Shown: positions 1 through 12,323 of the stretch, in pieces
Position numbering within the stretch: the first letter of the stretch is position 1
Layout of the letters: each line of letters starts with the position of its first letter
Program-made: the position numbers and the translations under genes
The notes under the pieces: generated by a model
What the model saw: only the letters and a program-made list of their open reading frames with translations
Database searches by the model: none
What the model was told of the DNA's origin: nothing
NCBI GenBank assembly: GCA_973895155.1
Contig: OZ316895.1
Coordinates: 19,022,508 to 19,086,507 of the forward strand
DNA length: 64,000 nt
Direction of reading: 5' to 3'
DNA from: Marsupella aquatica
Lineage: Eukaryota; Plantae; Marchantiophyta

Positions 1-1954
1 GATAGTTATGATCGTAAATATGCGCACTAAAAGTAATCAAGTCTTTTGTGAGTCGTTTCATCACATCAAAACTTACCCAAGAACCTTCGAGACTTCCACC
101 AGGTTGCATTTGTCTCAAAAGATCGACGCCTGATCCATGGCCGATCGAAGTCATCTTGAATATGTGAGGACGGTCTTCTTGAGACCCTTGACCTGGTAGG
201 AGGTACCTTTGGAGGAAAGGTATGTTGACATTTCTTTGATACCGAACAAGAAAATCTAGTTCACCTCGACCTTTCTGGTCCTGTCTAACACTACGAAAGA
301 GGGACGCAAACTTCTGGGGTGTGGAAACTACCATGAGCGACTCAAATATCTCGGTTTCTTCAATATCTTGAATATCTTCCACACTTTCATACAAGGACTT
401 TACAAAAGACCCTGTTGCCACATTTTTTACACCAACAGGAGTGAAAATTGGATTTCCTTCCAATTTCTTTTTGATAACCTCCTCAACAATCTTCTCTGCG
501 CTCCAAGAAAACACCTTTCTTGAAGGATGGTTGTGCATCCCCATATGAATTGCCAAGCGGGACATGTGAGTACAGGTTTCTGAGTCAACTAGAAGCTAGG
601 GGTACATGTAAAATAACCTTGCTGGACAAGATTGGACACAAAACGGAACTTGATCACAAAATTGGCAAACAACTCCACCTTCGTCAAGGAAGGAGCCAAC
701 ACGATGTTGCCCGCCAAGTTTAGGGGTTCCACCCCAGGCCTTCTGGTTCCTCCTTTTCTTCCGTCGAAAATAGTCGCAAGTATTATTCCTACACTCAATG
801 GAACCAGTGCACATTACTTTACCAAATTCCCAATATTTCTTGGGATGAACATTAGCTGATGTAGGAAATATTCTGGTCCAGATGTAGCAATCCTTCGACC
901 GGTCCATGTCGCGTAGACGTGACCCCTTTGAAAGAGCTCCCGTAGGAGGCAACTCGAATACAATATTTCCATTGTATTTCTTTGGCAAACAACCGACTTG
1001 TTCATGGCAGAAGTCCCCAGCCGCGATGAACCTCGAGATTTCACTGGAACCAGTTGACTTGAGAATGGTATCCATTGCACTTCTCCGATACACAATGGAA
1101 TTTTTGGTAAAAACTGCTCTAACCTCCTGTTTAACAGGGGTAACCTCCTGTTTAACAACTGTGTGAGGGGGTTTATCACTAGACTCAGGCAAACTAGAAG
1201 GTCCATCATCGTCGCTATCTGAAAGCAAGACAACATCAACAAAGGGTTTGGATGAAGATGGGAGATCGGATTGCGGCGGCGTTGCTGATTGAGGGGTCTG
1301 CTTTTTGGGGGGCTGCTGTGGGAAGGGCATGGGTGCTCTCTTGATCGGTGTTATTTCCCTTCTTTGAGGGGGGGCTCTCCCTGGGGCTTTGATGCTCTCT
1401 TTTGTGCTTTTGGGCTCTCTTTGTGGCTCGCTAGTGTGCTATTGCTGTCCCTGTATTAAGGGCTGTTGTTCCCCCTATCCGTGGGGTCTTTCACGGTATT
1501 AAAATTTATAAAAAAAACCATTCCAAGGAAGATGGGAGATCGGATGCGACTGGTTTTCGAATGACAATAGAATACCGAATTCCTGCATTCAGGTGCCAAA
1601 AACGAATCCCGTCATCAACATCAAAAGAAGCAGTGAAATTAGAGGCTTCATCTCCGTTCCCCTCCTCCAAAATGTTTTCAATGTCATTCAAATCCAAACC
1701 AAAGCGCCCACAGAGATAATTCTCACTAACTTGCTTGTATACGTCATTGGCCGACAATGGAATGGATACAAGGTCACCCGTAGACGGACGCGTCAGAATG
1801 ATTGACCTCGACATTGTAAGATCATCCAACCCAAAAACACTCAGTTCACAATAATGAATGACGTCTTCGAATGCACACAATGGTATTCATAGTCAATAAT
1901 CCGTTTGTTAGAGCCGTTAGAATACGACAGAATCACTACCGGTCGAAACCACAT
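1..1954 (-). pseudogene. Mutator/MULE-like transposase, N-terminal part (WRKY/GCM-type zinc finger followed by start of a DDE-like domain); runs off the left edge
   Basis: ORF 596..1330 continues in frame past one TAG (596-598) to base 1: CTGSIECRNNTC...CQFC...CPARLFY...HMGMHNHP (WRKY-GCM1-type C/H finger), then IFKMTSIGHGSGVDLLRQMQPGGSLEGSWVSFDVMKRLTKDLITFSAHIYDHNY, where FD is the candidate first catalytic Asp. Upstream exon-like ORF at 1506..1880; candidate ATG at 1954. Confidence 0.6.
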
Positions 1955-2059
1955 CTGACACAATAAATGTTTTTTGTCGTTATGTCAACGACATTTACAC
2001 TAATGAGCCTAAGATGTCCATTTACGAAGACCATAATCATGTTTATTAAATCATCTTAA

Positions 2060-5000
2060 TTGAGTAGCGTCGGGCGCTACTCAAACATCATCACTCCAAC
2101 ATGGACCCAAAATGGTTCAATATATGTTTAGCGCCAGGCGCTACTCAAACCCACACCCTAAATTGTGGTATAAAACTGGAAAATTTTATCCAAAGTTTCA
2201 GAATAAATCCTAATGTTTGTAGCTATTTTCCAAATATTATCTAAAATTTTACCAAAATGTTCCCATTTAATATTAGCGTCGGGCGCTAATCTGAAACGGT
2301 AATCATGACATTCATTTAAGGCAAAATATTCAAAAATTGTATTCATTTTGTTTTTTATTTTATACTTTAGGGTCAATGTTGGCCTAACTTAGGGAAATTT
2401 TAGGGTTTGAATATTGATCGTTTTGGGTAGCGCCAGGCGCTACCATTGACCAATATCAGATTTGACCTAGGAATATAGATTAAAATAACCGAACTCTTCT
2501 TTAACGGTCATATTCAACGGTAACGTTAGGTCGCGTAACGTTGAAGATATGCCAACGGTATTCTAAACCACTAATCCAGAATTGACAAGTGGCGCTCAGG
2601 AGAATGTCGTAAATAGATATCAATGTAGCGAGTGGATAGTTTAGAGATGATACTCTCCCCACCTCCCTTGTCCGTTGTATTTAGGCTCCGTTTCGAAGGT
2701 TCTTTGTGCAAGAATTCTCTAGAAGAAGTACGGTACGAATGCGGTACTCAACACGATTGTGAAGCACTTCGTGTGTGGGCGAAACATGGACCCTCTCCCC
2801 ACCACCTCGCATGGGTATAGTGCTAACGGGCAGAGAGAGCAGATCCATTCCCAGACATCCGAGTGCTCGTTTTCTGGATCTATTTACAGTCGTCGTGTGA
2901 CACGGTCTACAGCATCCCAAGATCCTAAAACAATCACGGTAGTCACATTTCCGAAGAGCAGGAGAGCAAAGATGGACGATCTCGACACATACGCTGTGGA
3001 AGATCGAGGAGAACTGTCACTGACGATGTCCGACATTATCTCCAAGCACGTTATGGTGTTTGGCAAGGATTTTCGAGGGCACAACAAAGACCCCCCAAGG
3101 ATTCCAATGTGCCGCTTGGTTCACATGGAAGTTGTCCGCACCTTACAGAAGGGAAGTCCTTCAATTGAAAAGTTGAAGGACTCTTTTCGTAGCACAGGAT
3201 ACAACTCAAAAATTGGAATGTTGTTCTATGTCCAGCCGGCAGATTCGAATGGGAATGTCCAGACGTGTACTCCAGAAATTCGAGCGACCTAGGACCCTAT
3301 GTGGGTGGCCGAGAACGAGAAGTTTGAAGCTGAATGTGCGGCCGATCTAGACTTCATGGTGTTACAAGATAAGATGTTTTATGTTTTTGATGGTAACCAT
3401 CGACTTTACGCATGGTCGATCGTTTCGAAAGAAAATCCGAAAGATAGCAAGTATCACCCGCGTGTGCAATGTACTATCTTCAAGGGTGAAAAGGGATCTT
3501 TGATTGAAATTGAGGCAGCTATGCATACTGTGAACCAGTAAGTCTCTCTTTGAATTTCACCTATCCTTATCTTTTATAGTGTAGTTTTTACTAGCGCCTG
3601 GCGCTATTGACTGACAAATTCTTCTGTAGACTTGGACAGGCCGTGGTGGAACCTTCCTGGATACTTGATGCAGACCGAATTAAGATGATTTTGTCCAATG
3701 ATCTAGAATACTACAAATCAATCATCGATGGGGCAAACTTCAAGAAGTTTGGGCAGGTGATGCAGAAGACTCGAAAAGGATCGTGGTATTCCAAGAAAAT
3801 GCCTCAAGAAGCACTTCTATATATCTTATGCGAGAATAAGATTAAATCATATTCTCGACAATTCAAGATGGACATGGAGTCGGCTACCGCTCAGGGAAAT
3901 CCTTGGTCTCTGGAAGAGACATCCAAACGACATGCGGTCATGATGAAAGAAGCAACGAAGGATTGGGCGATCAAGGTCTCAAAGATCACTCCCTTGTTGA
4001 GTCCTGAGTTTGAAGACTTCATGACAACCTGTGCTAAGATGTATCCGATGACAGAGGTGAACAAACGCGAGAAGAAACCGGATGCGGTTGTTTGTACCAT
4101 GGATCGTGCCAGGTTATTTACAGCAGTCTCCGCCCTCGACCCCAAATTGAGGAGCACTTTGTTAGTAGCGCATTGCACGCCAGAGCTTAGGATCGGAAGC
4201 AGTTCTTTCATCCGCAAAGCGTTAGCAATGACCCTGTGAAGCAGTGGTGCCACACTTGGCAAACTTGGAATAGCGTGGAGGGAATTGCCATTGGTGCATG
4301 CAGATTGCCCTCCAGCAAATCAGTGAAATAATTCCTTCCAATCGATTGGAGGAATGGAAGTGTGAGTCTTATGATTCACTCGTTGAAATAGTGTGCAATG
4401 ATTTCAAAAAATTTGGGGATGCAGTGAAAGGTAAGTTTTTCAATACGATGTGGATGTCCAAGTACCCGGACAAGGAAGACTACACATTCAAGAATCAAAA
4501 GCGCGCGAAACGATATGTCTATCGTTTCTTCATGCACATGGAGATTGTGAAGCCTGACTATTTTTGGGCTTACCCAATTGCTTTCCAGAATTGGGTCATC
4601 TGCATAGATGGAGACATTTTGGCCGAACTGTATTCGATGTATCCCACTGAGGGTATACTTCCACCAAGGAAATTGTCCGAGTGGGAGAGAATTCACTGCC
4701 CTTGGTACCTTGACACCGACAGGTGGGATTCTCCTTTTAACGACACTGAGAAGGATGCTTTCCATAAACTGTCTAAATCCCAAGTTCCGAGACAATTTGT
4801 CTCCGACATGAAGCAAGGAATTGAGGGGGACGTCAACTCGTCGACGACTGAGTTGCAAAAAAAATGCAAAACCACAGTGGTTCATGTTGATCGAAGCCGT
4901 AAACCAAGAGCCAAAGCCAAGGCGGATGCCCCTGTGGCAAGTGCTAGTGCCAAGTCTGGGAAAAAACGTAAGCTACACCTCCTTCTTCCGACTTCCTTCT

Positions 5001-7871
5001 TTGTTAGCGCCTGGTGCTATCATGTGTCGTAAGTTTAATGTGTCTTATTTCCCAAAATTAATGTGGGTGTTTTGACAGCGCCTGGCACTAATACTCTTTC
5101 TGTGATTGACACCGTTTTTAGGTAGGTGGTCAAAAATCTGATGCCGCCACGGATGACACAAAAGTTGATGCAACACCAGAAGTCTCTGAGGCCAACACTG
5201 GTGCCAATCCAGACCCCATCACCCCCGTTGAGAAGGGAAAGGTTATAGTTCCTATGGATGCTACAAGCACAAAGAAGAAGAAGAAGAAAAGGACCATCGA
5301 TGTCTGGGAATCGTCGTGAGATAATGCTTCTGGGGCCGGTATCCAACGGGATGTGGGGACTTTCAAGACTAAACTCGGAAGACACTGTATGGTCAAATCA
5401 AGCTTGGCAGAATTCATTGATAGTGCATTTAGTAAGGAAGAGAAGCCAGATTGGGTCTCAGACGCTGAGAAGTGGGGTAAGGATTTGATCAAGTCGGGGT
5501 GTAGAGATAAAGGAATCATTTGAGGTGGGAAGGAACGATCATTTGGGGTGAATGCGGGTTTCATCTATCTCCCAACTGGTTTGAAACCCACAATTGTTGA
5601 CCGTCGGGTCCCGAAATGGAATGTCACAGACCACACAGCAGCCGAATCATTCTTTTGGGCGATGGACCCTTTCCTTTCCGATGACGGCATGCTCCATATC
5701 TTATACTCGGATGACCACGACCAGATTTCCCAGGTCATTTCTGCATGTTAGCAATCCAAGAAGTTCATGTGCATCAATACGCACAATGTTTTCATGTCTG
5801 TCCCAATGTACAGATCCAAGACAGATGTCCAGGTAAATGTTCTCTATACTAGTGCCCGGCGCTACTCTTTCTTTCTTAGTAGGTCTTCTCTCATGAATAA
5901 CAGATTTTTAAAATCCAGTTGGTTTGTCAACTTTTGCAGGTCTTCACTCTTAGACTGGATATATTTTGTCGGGTTTCTTTTAAAGGAAAGGTCCCAAAGG
6001 ATCCAAGATTCAAGCCGTTATCTAGCGCTGAAGATCCTTCAATCTCAAACCTTATTGGGCTACAATCTTTGAAGGAAGATCATTGTCCTGAACTCCATTT
6101 TACTGGGAATTCTCGACTACCGGTTGGTTTTATGCAAACTGTCCTTGAACTCTTTACGATACCTAAGGATATTGTAATTGATTGGACCGTCGGCTCAGGT
6201 AGTACGTTCATTGCTGGGGATTACTCAGGCTGTTTTGTCATCGGGTTAGAAAATCGTCGGGAGTTTGTTGAGACCGCTTCAAGGATTTTTTTGGATCTCA
6301 TTTCTCCCAAACCTTTGGAGACACAACCTCCCCCTCCTCAAATAACCGGACGGAAAAAGAAAGATAGACTTAGATCTGTCCTCAATTTTGATTCGGACGA
6401 AGATGATGGGACGCCAGAAGATGATGTTCCTGAGGATGTAAATGACGGCGGGAAAGAGGAAACCCGACATGATGGGTCAACGGAGGACAGCGAAGAGTCT
6501 TCCGAGTAATTTTTGTCTCTCGTAAGCTCCTTTATCCTTTCAATTGTTGGCTAACCATCAATTCCACCGGTTCTATCTGTTAAGTACTTACTTCCTCTTT
6601 CTCTTCCGATTCTCTTTTGAGCAGATCAGAATGGAACCAAAGAAAACGGTTTCAACTCCGGAGGAAAGTGGCTCAAAATGTAATCATCACTCCCGAGAAG
6701 CCGTTTGTGTTGCCATCATACGCTGAGAACGTTACGAGGAAGGTAGAGAAATTTAGAACGCTCTGCTGGGAAACAAAAGGACTTAGGCTTCTTAGGGGAG
6801 TAGACAGGAAGTTCATGAGGAACCCCTACATAGATGATGTTTCTAGAAGCAAGTATATTGATGATGAGGCAGAGTCGACCGACAGATCTCATAGCTCCCA
6901 GAATGAGAGCTCAGAATATGACACTGAAGGGTAGCAATTTTCTCCTCTATCAGGTCAAACTTCCTCCCAACTGTACAAGTATGCCCTTGGTTTTTGTTAG
7001 CGCCGGGCGCTATTGAATTTATTAAATATGAATTGAGTTTGATGGAGGTTGCCCCTTCCATTCAATGGTTAATGTGGTCTTTAGTAACGTCCTTTGTGTG
7101 GGTTCCTCTCCTTGTTTAACTAGCGCCCGACGCTCCCCAAAAAACACGTTTGAAGTTTCCGTTTGATATTTGTCGTTTCCGCCATAGTGTCATTTGGCTT
7201 TCAGTCGGCGACTGGTACCGTCAAGAGGACCAATAACAGGAAATCCAAGCCCCTTGTAAACATACTATTGTTTCTTTCAAAGTCCATTGCTCTCGTTCTT
7301 CTCCTTCTCGATTCCATGGAAGGCCAGTGTATCGACGGCCCACGAGAGCATATGTCAACTTCCGATTAGATGGTTTCCGCCATGATCCAGATCATCAGGA
7401 CGCTGGGATTGATGATGACTATCACTCTTTGAGCTAGGGCATTGTACGAGGAAGCACCCACCGGGAGTATTAGCGCCTGGCGCTAGTTACAATTGCACTG
7501 GAAACTTTAGTGCTCCTATGTAGCAATATTTGTACATCAAGGACAATATGTTTCACTTAAATAAAAAAGCTCGGGTTTCTTTTCTTTCAATTTCCCGTTA
7601 GAAGTTATGACTCAGATACCTTGGTTAAGTCCTACTTCTGTGCTTTGATATTGAACTTAGACTATTAATAATCTTTGGTTTCTACTTGGATCTCAGCCTG
7701 AACATCAATCCTATGTTCTCATGATTTTCTCCACAAAGCATTAGAAGCGGCCGGCTCTAGTATTCGGCATGTTTGGGCGATTAATGTTTCATTATTTTGG
7801 GTTCAAACACCCGGCGCTAGTATTCATTATGATGCGTTTGTGATTGTTTTGCCTGTAGACTCCCGGCGCTA
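2060..7871. repeat. Dispersed 15-bp palindrome TAGCGCCNGGCGCTA
   Basis: Full or near-full copies start at 2065, 2129, 2274, 2428, 3592, 5005, 5076, 5850, 6998, 7121, 7471; partial copies near 7747, 7808, 7860. Confidence 0.92.
2786..6934 (+). pseudogene. Multi-exon gene: N-terminal ParB/Sulfiredoxin-like domain plus C-terminal beta-class N6-adenine/N4-cytosine DNA methyltransferase-like domain; disrupted by stops and frameshifts
   Basis: ParB-like: IPMCRLVHMEVVR...IEKLKDSFRSTGY...FYVFDGNHRLYAW. MTase-like: GFIYLPTGL...FFWAMDPFLSDDGMLHILY and LPVGFMQTVLELFTIPKDIVIDWTVGSGSTFIAGDYSGCFVIGLE. Frame-preserving GT-AG introns at 3538-3629, 4968-5125, 5833-5939, 6506-6624. Confidence 0.7.
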
Positions 7872-8699
7872 GTATTTGGCATCGCATAATTATCAGTATT
7901 TTAGGAACGGGTTTTTTTAATTTTGCCACAATACCAGGAGAAATGTGCTCCCAAAATAGGAAATTTTGCTGTTACCAGTTCCTGTTATAGTTTTCTGTTT
8001 GTTGTTTACTGCCTTTTGTAAACACCTCTTGATGTGGAGGAGTCTCGTGGTTGGCATGTAGTTTTACCATAGCTCACCTAGAGTTTGAAGGATGGAGGGT
8101 ACTAAAATAGAGTTTAGTTTGGATGCACATGGGGCCTTTGAACAGCCGGCAGTAGACGTTGTACATCGGGGCCAGGGGACGAGGGAGTACATCCCCTTGA
8201 TAGTGAGACAGACTTATGAGGGAGAGGTTGAAGCTGACATGGACGAAGATGATGAGTAGTTGGATCTGTTTTGTTGTGAGTAGGTGACTCTTTGAAGTGC
8301 AATGAGTAGCAAATATGAGCAATAAATGGATGACTGGTTTGTGGAACTGCAATAACTTGGTGAGTAGGATGCCAGACAAAAATGGCATGTGTGAGTATGA
8401 GAAGCAGGTTATGAAACACCAAGCACGGGTTCAACAATGTGTTGCAGCCTATTGGGTGATGTGCAAGAGGCTATTTTGGATATGTAAGGGATTGTGCATA
8501 GTATGAGCTATATGTATATCTCGTTGTGTGCATATGTTCATTGTGTACTAGCTGCTTCTATAATGGACTATTACATCATAACTTGTTTTGAATTTCATGT
8601 TGGTGTTGCAGTAACAAAAGTATCCCAACATTGAAGAAGCGGAGTCATTGTAGACGAAAGACCTTTTGTAATCCTGACGGACCTAGGCATGTAGTGAGA

Positions 8700-11600
8700 G
8701 GTTGACTTCAAAGTCTCCTATTTCAATGGCTGAATCTCTTGATAAGAATGAGGTAGAGGATTGCATGCCTGATGTTGGTGATATAGAATACGATCATGAC
8801 CAAGATCCGAATGCAAGTGCTAGCACGTTAGAGGATGATGACATGCCAAATCCTATCCCTCCACCAAAGCCTACTTGCAATAAGGCAACTAGGGGGACTT
8901 CTATGAGATATTGGCTGACGCCCTCTGTATACTCAACCCAAGCCCCAAGCAACAACAATAATTGCAATAACCCGCAATTTACTGCGCACAACTATAACTG
9001 GCCGCAAGCACGACAGGGGGCAATAACTATGGCGGGTCTATGGGTGTAGGCCCTTTTGCCAGCTATATGGGTCTGAGTTGGCCAAGTAAGCAAGAACATT
9101 TTAATTTGTTTGATGTGGACAAGTGTATTTTGAGGTCAAATTGGTTGATCGCCTTCCTCAATAGAAGTGGGTTTGAGTGTCACAGTTTGCCATGTCTAAT
9201 GTGAATTGCAGATCCAATGTGGGGCCGTATGCAGCCCACAAATATGTATGAAGAGGGTCAATGGGGCCATCGGGGAAATTCATGGGAGGTCTTGTCCCAA
9301 TGGGACAAGATGGCAAGGTTATGGTGGGTACGGTGGGAACCCAATACCAGCACCAGCACCAGCACCTTCAATCCAACTAACAAAAAGTCTGCGGAGGGGA
9401 GGAGGTAGTTTCTACAACAGATCTAAGTAAAGTAATGAAATCAGGTAGTTGACATAGACCATACGATATTAATGGTGTTAATTGCGTTTCTCTTTACAGA
9501 TAACCCTATCACACCCCGCCAAGGCCATGGGGGAGGAAGTCCTGGATTTGCAACACCAAGTAGTGCATCAGGGAGCACTGGGAGAGGTGAGAGTGTGAAG
9601 TTGGGTACTGTTGAAGTTGATGATGAAGGCCGGATAACAACAATGAGTGCTGGAAGAACGGATGGCGACAACCTGCAAATGGAGTGTCTACGGTGGTTGG
9701 ACATTAGTTGTACTACTAACTTTAATTGTCAGCATCCTTCTGACTGGGAACTGGTTTGCAAATATATGCGAGACAAGTGGGAATATTTGGGGAATTCTGG
9801 GAAAGGGGTCAGTGTTGATTGTCTTGTAGAGTATGGACAAACTATTATGAAAATAAAGAGGCACCGATTGCACAAAGCATGGATTGCTGATGGGAGTAAA
9901 TCACATGCTAAAGCACCCCCAAGTGTTCATGTAGAACAACTACTAACTTTAATTGTCAGTGTCCTTCTGACTAGGAACTGGTTTGCAAATATATGCGAGA
10001 CAAGTGGGAATATTTGGGGAATTCTGGGAAAGTGGTCAGTGTTGATTGTCTTGTAGAGTACGGACAAACTATTATGAAAATAAAGAGGCACCGATTGCAC
10101 AAAGCATGGATTGCTGATGGGAGTAAACCACATGCTGAAGCACCCCCAAGTGTTCATGTAGAACAATGGGCTCCACCGAGAGGCACATTCCTGTCTAGGG
10201 CGGACAATAGAAGTCTACACAAATGATTGCTGCTAGAAGTGAAGTGAAGAATCCTACGCTTACAAGGAGGGGAGGACATGCACCAGTAGTAGCCAAATTG
10301 GTTGGGTTCCCATGCCATACATATCCGTATTTACATTTCAATATGGAGTTGATTGTATGTAGTTGTGCAGCATGGTACCTTTAGGCAAGATTGACATTGA
10401 TAAACATGTCTTGCAATGTTAATGTGCTCCAGAAAAAGCTCACTAGAGAAAAACCCACACAAGAGGAGGTTGTGGTAGAAATCAAAAGGGTAAAGTGTGA
10501 TGAAGGCAACATTGGATCTAAACAGGTAATTTAGGAGCATGTTTGACAATCTGTTATATAGTCTTTCTTCATATGTACAATATTGTTAGCCCTTATGCAA
10601 TTGTTAAATTGCTGAGCTGTTTGGTTGGTTTATGTGATATATAGCAGAGAGCAATGTCTACCCTTACAGAGATATCAGACCGGTTGAAGACCGTGGAGAA
10701 TACTTGGCCTGATGTAGAGATTGAGATCAAGAGTCAATTCAAGGACATAGCCAGTCTGCTTCAAAGCCAAGGATCAACCTTGTGAGTTGCGAGCAATGCA
10801 CACTGCTAGCAGGGTTGAGCACCCAATTGCACATCCTTATGAAGAGGCTGCAAATATTGTGGAAGTTGTGGCTACAAAGAAGAGTGGTACGTGTCATCTA
10901 AAATCATGTTTAGTGTACTACGACTTTACCTACAATTTGAGGAAGATTAGCAGGATGGTTCATATATAGAAGGTTCAGGTTTTGGATTTTCAAGGTTTGT
11001 TACATTGTGCATCAGGTGATCAGATTGCAGTGGCTGTAGTAGATCCAAAGATCGTAGAACCTGGTACAACTATCATTGAGAGTAAGTAAATGTTGGTTTT
11101 CAGAAGACTCTGTTTGGTTGGTTAATGTGGTTAACAATTGTATGCCATTTACGTTCAATTAGTGCACACTTGATGGTTTGTTTACAACTTTAGTGCCTAT
11201 ATGCTTACTTGTAAATGAAGGAATTTGTGGCTACTATTGAGGTATTGAGCCAGCACAGGAGGAGGTGCACATACCAAATCCAACAGGTAGGAAGAGGAGA
11301 CAAAATTTAGAGGCTACCAAATTTTCAGATTTGCAGGAGAAGCAGAGTGATGAGAATGATGTGGTTTTCATTGACTCTCAGCCTCCCCTAGGTATTGGAG
11401 ATGAGTTTTCTCAATCCCCACCACTGATGAACATGGAAAAGATGAGGACCAAAAACAATGGAAGGAGACTTTGCCTTACAAGGCACCAAAGAAGAACTTG
11501 AGGAATATTAATTCTCCAAAAGGGACAGCAGTGAATATTGTAGCATAGTCTTCTAAGCTCACGGCAACTGATAATTCTGGTGTTTGTGTTGGGCAAGGCA

Positions 11601-11800
11601 TATTGCAAATTGAAGCAAGTACTTTCCATGGAAAGAAGGTACTTGTTGATCATGTTGTGCTATTGTTGATTGCTGTCAGTAAGCCAAAATATCTTCTAGA
11701 TACCCTTTCCAAACAAGGGAGATGACCCTCCACACATCCATCTTGTGGATGGTGTGGAATCATTTGTGATGTGGCCAGAGAAATTTGTAGAGTGTTAGGT
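8700..11800 (+). pseudogene. Degenerate CACTA TnpA/Transposase_24-like gene remnant
   Basis: Fragmented ORFs (QMECLRWLDIS...DWELVCKYMRDKWEY...KIKRHRLHKAW...PPSVHVEQW...MIAARSEVKNPTLTRRGGHA) lie upstream of a CACTA terminus. Family call is by resemblance only. Confidence 0.4.
9713..10166. repeat. 227-bp tandem duplication (2 units)
   Basis: 9713-9939 is repeated near-identically at 9940-10166. Confidence 0.95.
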
Positions 11801-12059
11801 ATTGGCCAAGTACAATTTGAGACTCAAATGTTATGAATTGTTTCAATATATGGCTCCAATTTCGAGTATATGATCTTGTGTAATACTATATCTTGCTCAT
11901 ATTGTCCTTGATATCTTGCTCATATTGTGAGTATTGTTACCATGATTGTTAGTTGGATTTGTGCGCGCTTTTGTGACTAGCTTGGCATGAATGACTCTGG
12001 AAAATGAATGGCATCATTGTCTACGGAAACTATGGTTTGCGGTCAAATCAATGTTACCA

Positions 12060-12323
12060 ATCACTCATGGAAAACCCCATATGACTCGAACTAAGTCATT
12101 CTAAACACTTATGTTTGACAGATGTATGGTTCCAAATACTTGACCCTCTAGTCACTAAAATGACTAATGACACTAGTCGATAATATGACTAAGTCAATCC
12201 AAGTCACCACTTTTACGACTAATAGTTGCAAGAACAACGTCATTGATTTTCAGGAATAGATGACCGGTTTTAGTCATAGTCAGTCATTTTTAATGGTTAA
12301 AAATGGGGATATTTCTACTAGTG
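12060..12323. mobile_element. CACTA (En/Spm) right terminus with subterminal repeats
   Basis: ATTTCTACTAGTG at 12311-12323 is the reverse complement of CACTAGTAGAAAT; clustered ATGACT/AGTCA motifs precede it. No partner end found. Confidence 0.7.

Larger units (their letters stand above)
1..7913. mobile_element. Putative two-gene DNA transposon (transposase plus divergent ParB-MTase-like gene); left end outside window, right end approximate
   Basis: Head-to-head genes; a shared palindromic motif is confined to this interval; three short subterminal-like repeats at ~7750-7880. No TIR pair or TSD can be checked. Confidence 0.5.

Noticed and set aside
2786-6509. ParB-MTase region as bacterial contamination or a prophage
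   Set aside because: Has frame-preserving spliceosomal introns and is contiguous with plant transposons.
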